From Aphanothece sp. (lineage in GTDB: Bacteria > Cyanobacteriota > Cyanobacteriia > PCC-6307 > Cyanobiaceae): 64,000 nt of DNA. Both the position numbers and the translations under genes were made by a program. Positions 49,003-59,248 of the stretch are shown piece by piece. The stretch is taken from assembly GCA_040375715.1 (NCBI GenBank), contig JBEIRX010000004.1, positions 388-64,387 on the forward strand, read 5' to 3'. Position 1 is the stretch's first letter; every line of letters begins with the position of its first letter. Under the pieces are notes generated by a model, which saw nothing but the letters and a program-made list of their open reading frames with translations, had not been told where the DNA came from and did no database searches.

Positions 49003-51591
49003 ATGGCGACGAACAGGGAGCATCCGCCGGCGCGCCGTGGTGGCATCGGGCTCTCCTTCTCTGGAGGCGGTTTTCGCGCCACAGCGTTTTCGCTGGGCAC
49101 CCTGACCCTGCTGCAGGACTTGGGTCTGCTGGCTCAGGTCAAGGTGATGTCAAGCGTTTCGGGAGGATCACTGGCACTGGGCGCCTATCTGTGCGCCAAG
49201 GCTGGCTCAGGTGCGCAAACAGAAAGCGATTTCGATTTTGTCAAGTTGTTTTATAGGCCCCTGATGGAGTTTCTGACAGAAGAGAAGCTTGCAGAGGCCT
49301 TTGTCGATGCCAAGGAACTGGTGAGAGGGAAGAAACTGATTCGCAAAGCAGCTGATGAGACCCAAAAATTTTTCAATAAGCTTCTGAAACAAAATAAGAC
49401 TTTGACGAATCAAAAAGCCGAGTTCGGCAACCCAAACATCACAACCATGCTGGCCAATGACAACCTATCGCCAGACTTCATTTTTTTCAACGCCACAAAT
49501 ATCACCTCCCTAGATCTCTTCCGCTTCGGCATTCAGAGAGGCAGCAAAAAAGGAGACCCCAGACAAGGAAATAATCCTGTCTTTGTCCTAAATCGCTATT
49601 TATTTAAGCACAATCGCGAGTCGGCCGAGGGCAAAACTCTCTATAATTATGCCAAAGAAATACGCATTGCCGATTGCGTGGCCGCCTCCTTCTGCTTTCC
49701 CGCCGGCTTTGAGCCCCTGCTTTTCCCAGACGACTTTATCCGGGACAAAGATGCGCTGCAGCATTTCCGGAACGACCTGATCTGCGACCACAAGCCCTAT
49801 TTGGCATTCCTCGACGGCGGCCTGTACGACAATCTGGGCCTGGCCAGCATTGAAGACATCCGCCAGTTCCTTGATCAATCCCAAGAGAGCCAACGCTCTG
49901 AGGAGCAGCAAATCCACTATGTGATAGCCACAGATGTGGATCAAATCCCTACGCAATACAGCGCCTATTCTGATCCCGAAATCGATCAGCGAGTGCAGGA
50001 ATCCCTATCCAAGCTGAAGCGGCAACCGCACACACTTAACCTTTCTCTTTGGCTCATCAGAGGTTTGGTCTCGGCGGTCATTGTGTTGCTGCTACTTGAC
50101 ATTTTATTCGCCCTGAATTTCCCTTTCAAACCCCTCGGCAGCCTGCAGTGGATTCCCACAATCCGGTCCTGGATCTTGCTAGGGCTCGTGGGGCTGCTAG
50201 TGGCGGTCCTAACGGCCAAATGGTTAAAAGGGCCTTCGAGCATTCCCCGGGAGCAACTCGGGCTGAGCGACGAGTTTCCCAAAGAAGCCTCATTGAATTC
50301 ATGGAAAGGCCTTATCTTTCTTCTGCTTAGGCAAGTTTTTACCAATCCAGCTCTCCTTTGGCAAGCGATCTCGAACCGAAGGATCGGCCAGCTCATGCCA
50401 GCTTTCAGTGGCTATCTCAAACGCACCCGCTCTCTCACCTACGGCTATCTTGAACAGCGTTACAGAGGAGCGACCAATGACGGGGATTGCCATTTAATTC
50501 GCAACATGATTTTCGAGCTTGCTCCTGGACAAGAATCGGATCCAGATTATGCCACAAAGCTGATTACTCTACCCATTGAAGACTACAGACATGAGGAAAA
50601 ACTTGATCCGATCTCACCGATCGCACGCAAGGTCACTCGTGCCAGATATGTGAGCACACTTCTGCAAGCCATCACCGAAAAAGGAAGCAGGAGAGACGAT
50701 GGACAAGGGACACCACTCATGCTCCGCATCCTCACGCAGAGCGATGGCAGACTCCTGAATGAAGCCATGGCGATCATTGACGATCTCAACCTTCAGGAGG
50801 CCGATCAAAACTGGAGATGGCTTTGCACAAAACTAGCCTGCTTTGAAGACGATGGCAGCAGTTGCTTACCCGCAGATTCTGCCAGGCTTGGCGAACCCAT
50901 TAAAGACCTCATCGACAAGCTGAAAAACGATATCTTCGCAAATCTGATCTCCAAGAATCACAGGCTTATTGATCGCTGTTTGGTCTCTCTTGACGAGACC
51001 ACATCTAGCTATTCATGGATCCCATTGATCTGCGAGATGGCCACAAATGTGCCCACCACCCTCTGGCTGAGGGGAGCTTGTTGGTACATCCCAAATCAAT
51101 ACGACAGCAACCAACGCATCCGCCGCAATGGCAAGTGGTTGGTCAGCCAGCCCAAGGAGGAAGACCTTCCAGACCCCGAACTTCGAGCCATCGACCTCAG
51201 CCCCCTGAGCGACGACCTCAGTCCCGTGGGCGACGATCCAAGAGCATGCGCCCCAGCAGCAGCCATTTGCACAATCGCAGGTTATGTAAGCACCTGCTTC
51301 AACCTGCTTGAATTCTTCTACACATGGCTTGGAAATTGTAGCCATGCCCAGGAAAAGTTGCTTCAACTGCTCAAGCAACAACACTTTCCCTTTCAATCCA
51401 GCAAAAAACTCAAAGAACTGGAAGATCTTCCCTACGTTCTACGCACCTGGGTCTGGAATCAGCTCAAGGCAGAGGAGAAGCAACGGACTCTACCGTGGCA
51501 CACCCTTGAAGCCTTGTCCCTGCTGGAATATCCCCTCAATCGCCGCAATGGCCTCCCTGAATCCTATTGGGCGGGAAAAGCGGAAGATTGA
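49003..51591 (+). CDS. Large patatin-like phospholipase with two internal TM helices, about 860 aa
   Basis: GLSFSGGGFRA, SSVSGGS nucleophile, VAASFCFPAGF, DGGLYDNLG; two hydrophobic helices mid-protein. Confidence 0.88.
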   Translation: MATNREHPPARRGGIGLSFSGGGFRATAFSLGTLTLLQDLGLLAQVKVMSSVSGGSLALGAYLCAKAGSGAQTESDFDFVKLFYRPLMEFLTEEKLAEAFVDAKELVRGKKLIRKAADETQKFFNKLLKQNKTLTNQKAEFGNPNITTMLANDNLSPDFIFFNATNITSLDLFRFGIQRGSKKGDPRQGNNPVFVLNRYLFKHNRESAEGKTLYNYAKEIRIADCVAASFCFPAGFEPLLFPDDFIRDKDALQHFRNDLICDHKPYLAFLDGGLYDNLGLASIEDIRQFLDQSQESQRSEEQQIHYVIATDVDQIPTQYSAYSDPEIDQRVQESLSKLKRQPHTLNLSLWLIRGLVSAVIVLLLLDILFALNFPFKPLGSLQWIPTIRSWILLGLVGLLVAVLTAKWLKGPSSIPREQLGLSDEFPKEASLNSWKGLIFLLLRQVFTNPALLWQAISNRRIGQLMPAFSGYLKRTRSLTYGYLEQRYRGATNDGDCHLIRNMIFELAPGQESDPDYATKLITLPIEDYRHEEKLDPISPIARKVTRARYVSTLLQAITEKGSRRDDGQGTPLMLRILTQSDGRLLNEAMAIIDDLNLQEADQNWRWLCTKLACFEDDGSSCLPADSARLGEPIKDLIDKLKNDIFANLISKNHRLIDRCLVSLDETTSSYSWIPLICEMATNVPTTLWLRGACWYIPNQYDSNQRIRRNGKWLVSQPKEEDLPDPELRAIDLSPLSDDLSPVGDDPRACAPAAAICTIAGYVSTCFNLLEFFYTWLGNCSHAQEKLLQLLKQQHFPFQSSKKLKELEDLPYVLRTWVWNQLKAEEKQRTLPWHTLEALSLLEYPLNRRNGLPESYWAGKAED

Positions 51592-51745
51592 TTGCAGCCG
51601 TGTGGGTCGTGCCATCCATGAGCCAGTTGCTGTGGTGCCGGCTGCACTCTCTATAAAAAACTCCCCAGGTGAGATGTTCAGGACCACAAGCAACTTCTGA
51701 GACAGCGGCAAGACAGGCGGGACGCGCTCTGGCTCGATTGCCTAC

Positions 51746-52135
51746 TCAAGGGATGGAATCCATCCACACCACATCGGCAATGCCGCAGAAATCGCTGTCC
51801 ATGGTGTGTAGCCGGGCCTGGTGATCCCGGGCCGTGGCCAGGATGATGCTGTCGGCCATCGGCAGCTGCAGCGCATGGCTGAGCTGGGCAGCCGCCAGAG
51901 CCAGCCGGCTGTCGAGATCCACCACCTGCCCACATTGCATGGCCGCGGCTGCCTGTATGGCCTGGGCCTCCCCGTGTTCGCGCAGCACCCACTTGAACAC
52001 CTCAAAGATGGTGATCGCCGGCACCACCAGGGAGCGTTCGTCGGCCATCAGGGCCAGGAAGTGCTCGGCCTGCCCACCGCCTGTGAACACCTCAATCCAG
52101 CCCGAGGAATCCACCACCACCCGCGTGTCGGTCAC
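51746..52135 (-). CDS. vapC: PIN-domain toxin VapC
   Basis: VVDSSGWIE, TIFEV, LPMADSIILATA, TMDSDF. Confidence 0.9.
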   Translation of the reverse strand: MTDTRVVVDSSGWIEVFTGGGQAEHFLALMADERSLVVPAITIFEVFKWVLREHGEAQAIQAAAAMQCGQVVDLDSRLALAAAQLSHALQLPMADSIILATARDHQARLHTMDSDFCGIADVVWMDSIP

Positions 52136-52335
52136 AGCCGATCTGCCTCACGCTGGAAAGTGTTCTTGCCCTGCAGAAACCCACGCAGCTCCGCTGGAGA
52201 CTGGGTGGGCACCAACTCGATCCGCCCCGGCAGGGCGATCACCCGAAGGGTCTGACCCGGACTGAGGCCGAACTGCTCCCGAACCCGCTTGGGAATCACG
52301 ACCTGGAACTTGGGGGAGACGGTCGTGAGTTCCAT
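52132..52335 (-). CDS. vapB: AbrB/MazE-type antitoxin VapB
   Basis: TTVSPKFQVVIPKRVREQFGLSPGQ; 4-nt overlap with vapC. Confidence 0.9.
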   Translation of the reverse strand: MELTTVSPKFQVVIPKRVREQFGLSPGQTLRVIALPGRIELVPTQSPAELRGFLQGKNTFQREADRL

Positions 52336-52410
52336 GGCTTGGCCGTCGTACAAAATCTTGATGGATTCTAAATCGTTTTGCGATCAGGGCTGCAGGCTGG
52401 GTCGGGCTAA

Positions 52411-52866
52411 TCAGTCGCAATGGCTCCGGTCGACCTGGCAAGGGCCGGACCCCATCGACGCGTAGAAGCTGTGGAGGCGAGCGCGTTCCGCTGCTCCAGC
52501 CCCGCCCTTTGGCACTGCTGCATGGTGCATGGCATCGACCAGCAGGATGCGCCCCAGCCCCATGCCCTGCTGTTTCCCGTCGACAGCAAGGTGGCTGCGA
52601 AAAACGCCTGGGATCAGACTTGAGCACGGCGCCCGCGGGGCAGCATCGAAAGGCACGTCAGCCATGGGCATTGATGGCGTAGAGGCCCAGGCAGGCCCGA
52701 GGTTCGCCTGTCTGGGCGACGGCAGTGGCGACGTAGACCGGGTGTAGCCATCACGCTGCTGGCGCTTCGCGGTGCGGCGCAGAACGTTGTCCTGATCGTC
52801 GCTGCCGCAGCGGAGGTCCTTGGTGTCGTGCAGGCCAGGGTCAAAGGCTTCGTTCCGAGCCGCCAC
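52411..52866 (-). pseudogene. Decayed GNAT acetyltransferase toxin (AtaT/TacT-like)
   Basis: HD...CG...DN.LRRTAKRQQ and LAVDGKQQGMGLGRILLVDA in one frame; VYVA...LGLYAINAH in a shifted frame; shortened C-terminus. Confidence 0.75.
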
Positions 52867-52869
52867 CGG

Positions 52870-53121
52870 ATCAGGAGCGCACGACCTCGGGCGTTGGCGT
52901 GGTCTCTTCGTCGAAGGGCGGCGAGCAGGGCCTGGTGATCGCCCTGACTGAGCAGGGTCTGCTGCCTCACCACTGAGCAGCTCCTAGGCCTCAATGCCCA
53001 TCAAGTCTGCTGCCGCCTCAATACTGACCTTCACCGAGGGCTTTGTGCGCTGATCCATCCGAGCGGAGCGGGGCTCGTCGATCGCTTCGATCGCCGCACG
53101 GAGCGTGGTGAGCAACCCCAT
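52870..53121 (-). pseudogene. Decayed DUF1778 ribbon-helix-helix antitoxin
   Basis: MGLLTT...IDEPRSARMDQRTKPSVKVSIEAAADLMGIEA* then TLLSQGDHQALLAAL in another frame. Confidence 0.7.
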
Positions 53122-53124
53122 CTT

Positions 53125-53145
53125 TGTACGGGGTATGGCCGTACA
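53125..53145. promoter_or_regulatory. Perfect inverted repeat TGTACGG-N7-CCGTACA, probable TA autorepression operator
   Basis: Lies 3 nt upstream of the antitoxin ATG. Confidence 0.7.
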
Positions 53146-53255
53146 TGACTGCCACCTGATGTCCCCGCAACCGCCGCTCCCGACACCACCGCCCTGAGCG
53201 CGTCCTCCCAGCTACAGCAAGGGCTCTGATCCGAAAAGCCTTACTGAGAAAAGGA

Positions 53256-53326
<71 letters not shown>

Positions 53327-53499
53327 AAAACGGGTTGAACCCGGGTGTTGGATCCAGAGGATCGGACCCAACCTGGAGTCAGCCGGAATCCGGCTGCGCC
53401 TAGGTTCCATTCTTCCACAGGCCTGTGCGGCTCGCCCGCGGCGGAAAGCTCAAGCATGATGACCTGCGGTTTCGGGCAGCCCGTTTGACCTCTCCCCCC

Positions 53500-54891
53500 G
53501 TGCACCCCTCCCCAGAAGGCTCAGCCGACGCCTTGGCGGCGGCGGATGAAGGACGCCTGATGGTGTCCTACGGCCTCGGGGATGCGGGCACCGGCATGGC
53601 CGCCTCCCTGATCGGCTTCTATCTGTTCGTCTTCTACACCTCGGCCGCCGGGCTGCCCTCCTGGATGGCAGGCCTGGTGCTGATGCTCGCCCGCATCTGG
53701 GATGCGATCAATGATCCGATCGTGGGCTGGCTGAGCGATCGCACCCGCCATCCCAACGGCCCACGCCTGCCCTGGATGCTCTGGAGCGCCATCCCCCTCG
53801 GGGTGGCCATGGCCGCCATGTGGTGGCTGCCCCCCGGCAGCCAGTGGGTGAAATTCACCTACTTCGTGGCCATCTCGGTGGGGGCCAACAGCCTTTACAC
53901 CTGCGTCAACCTGCCCTACACCGCCCTGATGGCGGAGCTCACCAGCAGCACCACCCAGCGCACCCGCCTGAACCGGGCGCGGTTCACCGGCTCGATCATC
54001 GCGGGGCTGGTGGGCATCGTGCTGGGCGGGGTGCTGCTGAAGGATCATTCCAATCCCACCAACTACTGGCAGCTGGGGATGCTCTCGGGCCTGGTGATCA
54101 GCGCCAGCACCCTGGCCTGCTGCTGGGGCATCGCCCCGAAGGCCCGCCGGGCCCAGCAACCCAATCCTTCCAAGGGCTCCACGCGCCGGCTCCTGGGCCG
54201 CATCGGCGACAACGGCCGCTTCTTGCGGGTGCTGGGGCTCTACCTGCTGCTCTGGTGCGGCCTGCAGCTGATGCAGACCGCCGCCCTGATCTTTCTGCCG
54301 GTGGTGATGCGGCTGCCGGAAAGCTGGAGCAACTGGATTCTCCTGCCCTTCCAGTTGAGCACCCTGGCGGGCCTCCAGCTCTGGACCCTGGTGAGCCATC
54401 GGCAGGGACGGCTCCGCGCCCTGGCCTGGGGCGCGGGCTTCTGGGTGACGGGCTGCTTGGCGGCCATGCTGCTGGTGCCCCTCGACAGCCAGCTCGGCCC
54501 CCTGGCCAGCCTCTCCAACCAACTCCGCCTGGCGGCGCTGGTCGCGGCGATCCTGGTGGTGGGTCTTGGAGCTTCCACGGCCTACCTCATCCCCTGGTCG
54601 CTCCTGCCCGATGCGATTGATGTGGATCCGGAAAAACCTGCCGGGCTCTACAGCGCCTTCATGGTGTTCGTGCAGAAGCTCTGCATCAGCCTGGTGCTCT
54701 TCGGCTTCGGCAGCCTGATGACCCTCAGTGGCTACCTGCCAACCCTGGGCAGCGCCCAACCCCCATCGGCCCTGGTGGCCATTCGCCTCTGCATGGGCCT
54801 GATTCCCGCCCTGCTGGTTGTGCTAGGCCTGGTGGTGATGCGCCGCTGGCCGAGGGGCACGGAACGGCCGCTGGGGGTCGAAGCGCCATGA
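53500..54891 (+). CDS. MelB/GPH-family MFS transporter (start approximate)
   Basis: SYGLGD, RIWDAINDPIVGWLSDRT, NLPYTALMAELT, PWSLLPDAID. Confidence 0.88.
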   Translation: MHPSPEGSADALAAADEGRLMVSYGLGDAGTGMAASLIGFYLFVFYTSAAGLPSWMAGLVLMLARIWDAINDPIVGWLSDRTRHPNGPRLPWMLWSAIPLGVAMAAMWWLPPGSQWVKFTYFVAISVGANSLYTCVNLPYTALMAELTSSTTQRTRLNRARFTGSIIAGLVGIVLGGVLLKDHSNPTNYWQLGMLSGLVISASTLACCWGIAPKARRAQQPNPSKGSTRRLLGRIGDNGRFLRVLGLYLLLWCGLQLMQTAALIFLPVVMRLPESWSNWILLPFQLSTLAGLQLWTLVSHRQGRLRALAWGAGFWVTGCLAAMLLVPLDSQLGPLASLSNQLRLAALVAAILVVGLGASTAYLIPWSLLPDAIDVDPEKPAGLYSAFMVFVQKLCISLVLFGFGSLMTLSGYLPTLGSAQPPSALVAIRLCMGLIPALLVVLGLVVMRRWPRGTERPLGVEAP

Positions 54892-55664
54892 TGAGCACAC
54901 GCCGGCCAAGGAGCATCGTGACCCCCCGCTGGCTCAGCCGACTGGGGACCAGCCTGATGCTCGGTGGCCAGGCCGTGAGTTCCATCGCCAGGGGGCGCAT
55001 CCATCCCGGCGACCTGCTGGCGGAACTGCTGGAGGCTGGGCCTGGCAGTGTGCTCATCGTGCTGATCACCGGCCTGGCGGCCGGCACGGTCTTCAATATT
55101 CAGGTGGCCGCTGAGCTCTCCCGGCAGGGAGCGAACGCGGCGGTGGGGGGCCTCCTTTCCCTCGGACTCTCCCGGGAGATTGCGCCACTGCTCACCACCA
55201 TGCTCCTCACCGGAAAGGTGGCCACGGCCTATGCAGCCCAGCTCGGCACCATGAAGGTGACCGAACAGATCGATGCCATCACCATGCTCCGCACCGACCC
55301 GGTGGATTACCTGGTGGTGCCGCGCTTGCTGGCCCTGGTGATCATGTCGCCCGTGCAGTGCCTGCTGTTCTTCTGGATGTCCCTCTGGTCGGGCCAGATG
55401 AGCAGCACCCTTCTCTACAGCATTCCCCCCAGTGTGTTCTGGACCTCCGTGCGCACCTGGATGAAGCCCGACGATCTGCCCTCCATGCTGCTCAAGTCGG
55501 TGGTGTTCGGGCTGATCGTGGCCGTGCTGGCCTGCGGCTGGGGACTCAGCACAAAGGGTGGGCCGAAAGAGGTGGGCACCAGCACCACAGGAGCCGTGGT
55601 GATGATTCTGGTCACTGTGGCACTGGCGGATGTGGTCCTCACCCAGATCCTCTTTGGCACCTGA
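54888..55664 (+). CDS. mlaE: MlaE-family lipid ABC transporter permease
   Basis: REIAPLLT, LGTMKVTEQIDA, LVVPR, GGPKEVGTSTTGAVV. Confidence 0.9.
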   Translation: MMSTRRPRSIVTPRWLSRLGTSLMLGGQAVSSIARGRIHPGDLLAELLEAGPGSVLIVLITGLAAGTVFNIQVAAELSRQGANAAVGGLLSLGLSREIAPLLTTMLLTGKVATAYAAQLGTMKVTEQIDAITMLRTDPVDYLVVPRLLALVIMSPVQCLLFFWMSLWSGQMSSTLLYSIPPSVFWTSVRTWMKPDDLPSMLLKSVVFGLIVAVLACGWGLSTKGGPKEVGTSTTGAVVMILVTVALADVVLTQILFGT

Positions 55665-55713
55665 GACCAGATGGCCCAGGCGAGAATCCCCTCGTGCGCT
55701 CCACAGACCGACC

Positions 55714-56145
55714 ATGGCACTTGCCAATCCAGCCGCTGCCGAGGCCGCCGCTTCTGAAGACGTCACCCTGGCGCCCCGCTTCTGGGTGCCCCTGGGACTG
55801 ACCCTGCTCGCCGCCCTGGTGCTGGTGGGCACTCCCCGCTGGGGCGGAGCTCCGTGGGTGGGACTGGCCATGCTGGCCTTTGCCGCCTTCCTCCTGGTGC
55901 AGACCGCCGTGCTGCGGCTGTGCTTCAGCGCCGATGCCCTGCTGGTGTTGCGCAGCGGCAAGGAGATCCGCCGGTTCCCCTACAACGAATGGATCGCCTG
56001 GCGGCTGTTCTCACCCACCCTGCCCGTGCTGTTCTACTTCCGAGAGCAGAAGAGCCCCCACCTCCTTCCGATGCTCTTTGATGCCACCGCCCTGCGGGCG
56101 CAGCTGGAGCAGCGCGTGCCCCTTCCCGCCTCCCCCAGGCCATGA
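55714..56145 (+). CDS. DUF3119-like membrane protein (start approximate)
   Basis: FLLVQT..LRL.F, IRRFPY..W..WRLF, LFYFRE..SPHLLPMLFD. Confidence 0.8.
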   Translation: MALANPAAAEAAASEDVTLAPRFWVPLGLTLLAALVLVGTPRWGGAPWVGLAMLAFAAFLLVQTAVLRLCFSADALLVLRSGKEIRRFPYNEWIAWRLFSPTLPVLFYFREQKSPHLLPMLFDATALRAQLEQRVPLPASPRP

Positions 56146-57068
56146 CGAACGACACCAACCCCACCACCGAGACCCTCCAGCCGGACGGCCCAGGAAGCAG
56201 CCCTGAGGACAGGCAACAGCTCCTTGCCCTTGCGCTGCAGGAGCTGCGGCAGAAACGGGAGGTTCTGGGGGAGGAGATCCGGGCGTTGGAGGAGCGCAAG
56301 GGCCTGATCAGCGCAGAGATCAACGGCACCTTCAGCGGCCAGTCGGAAGAGATCGCCAAGCGGGTGCGTGGATTCCAGGACTATCTGGTGGGCGCGCTGC
56401 AGGATCTGGCGGCCTCCGCCGAACAGGCCCAGCTGGTGAGCCAGCCCCTGCTGGTGCAGCCATCTTCCCTGGATCAGCAACAGGCTGCTGAGGCCGCTGC
56501 GCCCCAGGCCGCCCCTGCGGCCGCAGGCCTGTTCAGCCAGGACGAAGCCGTGATCCGCGACTGGTTGACCAGCTTCCAGGGCCAACCCGACTTCTCCGCC
56601 GATCCTTGGCGTCTGCGCCGCACTCTCGATGCGGAAGGGGCCACCCTGCTGGAGGACTGGTTTCTGCGGCAGGGCGGCAGAGGGGCCCAGCCCAGCCGCG
56701 GCACCCGACTGCGCAACGTGGTGGTGACCTCCGCAGCCATCGCCATCCTCGGGGATCTCTATGGCGAGCGGTTCCAGACCCTGGTGATGGCGAGCCAGCC
56801 GGAACGGCTCGGGGAGTGGCGCCGGGGCCTCCAGGACTGCCTGGGGTTGAGCCGGGAAGATTTCGGCCCCAACAGTGGCATCGTGCTCTTCGAGCGGCCG
56901 GAGGCCCTGGTGGAACGGGCCGACCGGCTGGAGGAGCAGAACGAGCTGCCCTTCATCGTGATCGATGCCGCGGAGCGGGCGATCGAGATCCCGATCCTGC
57001 AGTTCCCGATCTGGCTGGCCTTCGCCGGATCCCCCATCGAACTGGCTGCCGAGGATGACCTCTACTGA
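56142..57068 (+). CDS. DUF3086-like protein
   Basis: Coiled coil, RVRGFQDYLVGALQDL, PERLGEWRRGLQDCLGL, FPIWLAFA. Confidence 0.82.
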   Translation: MTNDTNPTTETLQPDGPGSSPEDRQQLLALALQELRQKREVLGEEIRALEERKGLISAEINGTFSGQSEEIAKRVRGFQDYLVGALQDLAASAEQAQLVSQPLLVQPSSLDQQQAAEAAAPQAAPAAAGLFSQDEAVIRDWLTSFQGQPDFSADPWRLRRTLDAEGATLLEDWFLRQGGRGAQPSRGTRLRNVVVTSAAIAILGDLYGERFQTLVMASQPERLGEWRRGLQDCLGLSREDFGPNSGIVLFERPEALVERADRLEEQNELPFIVIDAAERAIEIPILQFPIWLAFAGSPIELAAEDDLY

Positions 57069-57081
57069 ACCGATCGCCGCC

Positions 57082-57735
57082 ATGCTGCTCCCCCTCGCCC
57101 TTCTTCTGGCCGGCTATCTGCTGGGATCGATCCCCTTCGGCTATCTGGCGGCCCGCTGGCTGGCGGGGATCGACATTCGTCAGGAGGGATCCGGCTCCAC
57201 CGGTGCCACCAACGTGCTGCGGGTGCTGGGAAAAGGCCCAGCGCTGGTGGTGTTTCTGCTCGATGTGCTCAAGGGAACCGCCGCGGTGGTGCTGGCGAGG
57301 GTGGTGCTGGGCGGCTCCCTGAGCGGAGGCGAGGCCATGAGCGGCACGGGGCTGGATGGGTGGGTGGTGGCGGCAGGTCTGGCGGCCCTGGCCGGCCACA
57401 GCTGGCCGGTGTGGCTCGGATGGCGCGGGGGAAAGGCGGTGGCCACGGGGCTGGGCATGCTGCTGGGCCTCGCCTGGCCGGTTGGCCTGGCCTGTTTCGG
57501 GCTCTTCCTGGCTGTGCTCAGCATCAGCCGCATCGTGTCCCTCTCGAGCATGGTGGCGGCAATTGGTCTGCCTCTCCTCATGCTGGGCTGGTTTCCAGGG
57601 CACGGTGGCTTTCGCCCCGCCTATCTCGCTCTGGCCGTCCTCACCACCCTGCTGGTGCTCTGGCGCCATCGCAGCAATCTGAGGCGCCTGCTGGAAGGCA
57701 CAGAGCCCCGTCTGGGGAGCTCGAAGGCCTCCTAG
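57082..57735 (+). CDS. plsY: Glycerol-3-phosphate acyltransferase
   Basis: YLLGSIPFG, GSGSTGATNVLR, GGKAVAT, RHRSNLRRL..GTE. Confidence 0.95.
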   Translation: MLLPLALLLAGYLLGSIPFGYLAARWLAGIDIRQEGSGSTGATNVLRVLGKGPALVVFLLDVLKGTAAVVLARVVLGGSLSGGEAMSGTGLDGWVVAAGLAALAGHSWPVWLGWRGGKAVATGLGMLLGLAWPVGLACFGLFLAVLSISRIVSLSSMVAAIGLPLLMLGWFPGHGGFRPAYLALAVLTTLLVLWRHRSNLRRLLEGTEPRLGSSKAS

Positions 57736-58583
57736 CCGAGTGCCCTGCTGCGCTCGGCAGCGGCAAGCACGGCCTCGAGCAAGGCGGATCGCAGACCGGA
57801 GCGCTCCAGCTGGCGCAGTCCAGCGATCGTGGTGCCGGAAGGGCTGCTCACCATGTCCTTGAGCTGGCCGGGATGGAGATCCTTCACCTCGAGCAGGGCC
57901 GCGGTGCCGGCGAGGGTGCGCTGGGCGAGGGTTTGGGCCAGCCTCCTGGGAAGACCAGCGGCCACGGCACCATCAGCCAGGGCCTCCGCCACCAGAGCCA
58001 CAAAGGCCGGACCGGAAGCGGTGAGCGCGAGGAAGGCATCCAGCTGCCCCTCCGGCAAGGTCCAAACACCACCGACCCGTCGGAACAGCTGCTCCACCCA
58101 CTCCAGCTGATCTGGCGCCGGTTCCTGGCCCCAGGCCAGAGCCGTGAGGCCAGAGCGCACGAGGGCTGGGGTGTTCACCACGGCTCGCACACAGGTTCGC
58201 CCGGGAAACAGGCGTTGCAACCGCTCCAGCCGCACGCCCGCCAAAATGGAGATCAGCAGCTGCCCGGCGGGAGCAGGGAAGCGCTGATCAAGCCCAGCAG
58301 CCCGCTGGGCCACCCCCTCCAACTGCTGGGGTTTGACCGAAAGCAGTACCACCTGCGACTGCCAGGCGCTACTCGGATCGGTGCTCACCCCAAAGGAAAC
58401 GCCTCCCAGCGTGGAGGAGGCCCAGCGGGCTTGGGAGGCCTCCGAAGCCACGACAGCCTGGAGGCGTTTGGGCGACACCAGACCATCTTCCAACCAGGGT
58501 TCCAGAAGAGCCTGGGCCATTCGGCCGAGACCCACCACGCCGAAGGAAGGGGAGAGACCGGAAGGGGGGGAGCTATCGATCAA
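57732..58583 (-). CDS. proC: Pyrroline-5-carboxylate reductase
   Basis: [35 protein letters not shown]. Confidence 0.95.
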   Translation of the reverse strand: MIDSSPPSGLSPSFGVVGLGRMAQALLEPWLEDGLVSPKRLQAVVASEASQARWASSTLGGVSFGVSTDPSSAWQSQVVLLSVKPQQLEGVAQRAAGLDQRFPAPAGQLLISILAGVRLERLQRLFPGRTCVRAVVNTPALVRSGLTALAWGQEPAPDQLEWVEQLFRRVGGVWTLPEGQLDAFLALTASGPAFVALVAEALADGAVAAGLPRRLAQTLAQRTLAGTAALLEVKDLHPGQLKDMVSSPSGTTIAGLRQLERSGLRSALLEAVLAAAERSRALG

Positions 58584-59152
58584 CCGAGCAGGTCGGAGCG
58601 GCCCCAGGCCGGGCTGGGCGCCGCTTCCTGGGGCTCAGGGGGGGTGGAGCGATGGCTGGAGTTCACCGTGGGGGACGTGGTCTCTTCACCACTGGCCGCC
58701 GTGACGGTCACACAGCTGGGGGCGAACAGAAAGATGCTTTCCCCTACACGCTCCTGATGGCCATCAATGGCATAGGTGCCACCGGCCACGAAATCCACTG
58801 CACGCTGAGCCTGATCAGGCTCCATCATGGTGAGATTGAGAATCACCGTCTTGCGCTCCCGCAGGGCCTGGATCGCACGGGGCATCTCATCGAAACTGCG
58901 GGGCTCCATCAGCATCACCTCGGCCACCGCATTGGTGAGGCCAGGCATGCCAATCACATTGGTGCCGGCGAACGGATCGTCGCCACTGGGGGGAGCAAAA
59001 TCGGGGCTGATGGCCAGGGCAGAGGAACTGCGGGCGGAGCTGGTGGTGGAGTCGAAACCATCTCCGGCGTCGTAATCCAGCTCATCGTCGTAATCGCCAT
59101 CAAGGTAGTCGTCACCTGAAACGACAGCACGGAGACGGGAAAACAACGACAC
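58580..59152 (-). CDS. sepF: Cell division protein SepF
   Basis: [28 protein letters not shown]; GTG start. Confidence 0.95.
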   Translation of the reverse strand: MSLFSRLRAVVSGDDYLDGDYDDELDYDAGDGFDSTTSSARSSSALAISPDFAPPSGDDPFAGTNVIGMPGLTNAVAEVMLMEPRSFDEMPRAIQALRERKTVILNLTMMEPDQAQRAVDFVAGGTYAIDGHQERVGESIFLFAPSCVTVTAASGEETTSPTVNSSHRSTPPEPQEAAPSPAWGRSDLLG

Positions 59153-59248
59153 GAATCGGGCCTCGGGGGTTGGAGCTTGCACCTGGATAGCGTCCCACAG
59201 GTCGGCTTGCAACCACCTGTGGTGTGGTCGTCCGGTGATCCGGCCACC

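Larger units (their letters stand above)
48440..53255. mobile_element. Accessory islet at the 3' end of tRNA-Gly (no integrase seen)
   Basis: Visibly more AT-rich from 48440 to about 51700; TA modules and gene relics; bounded by glgX and the tRNA-Gly 3' end. Confidence 0.65.
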
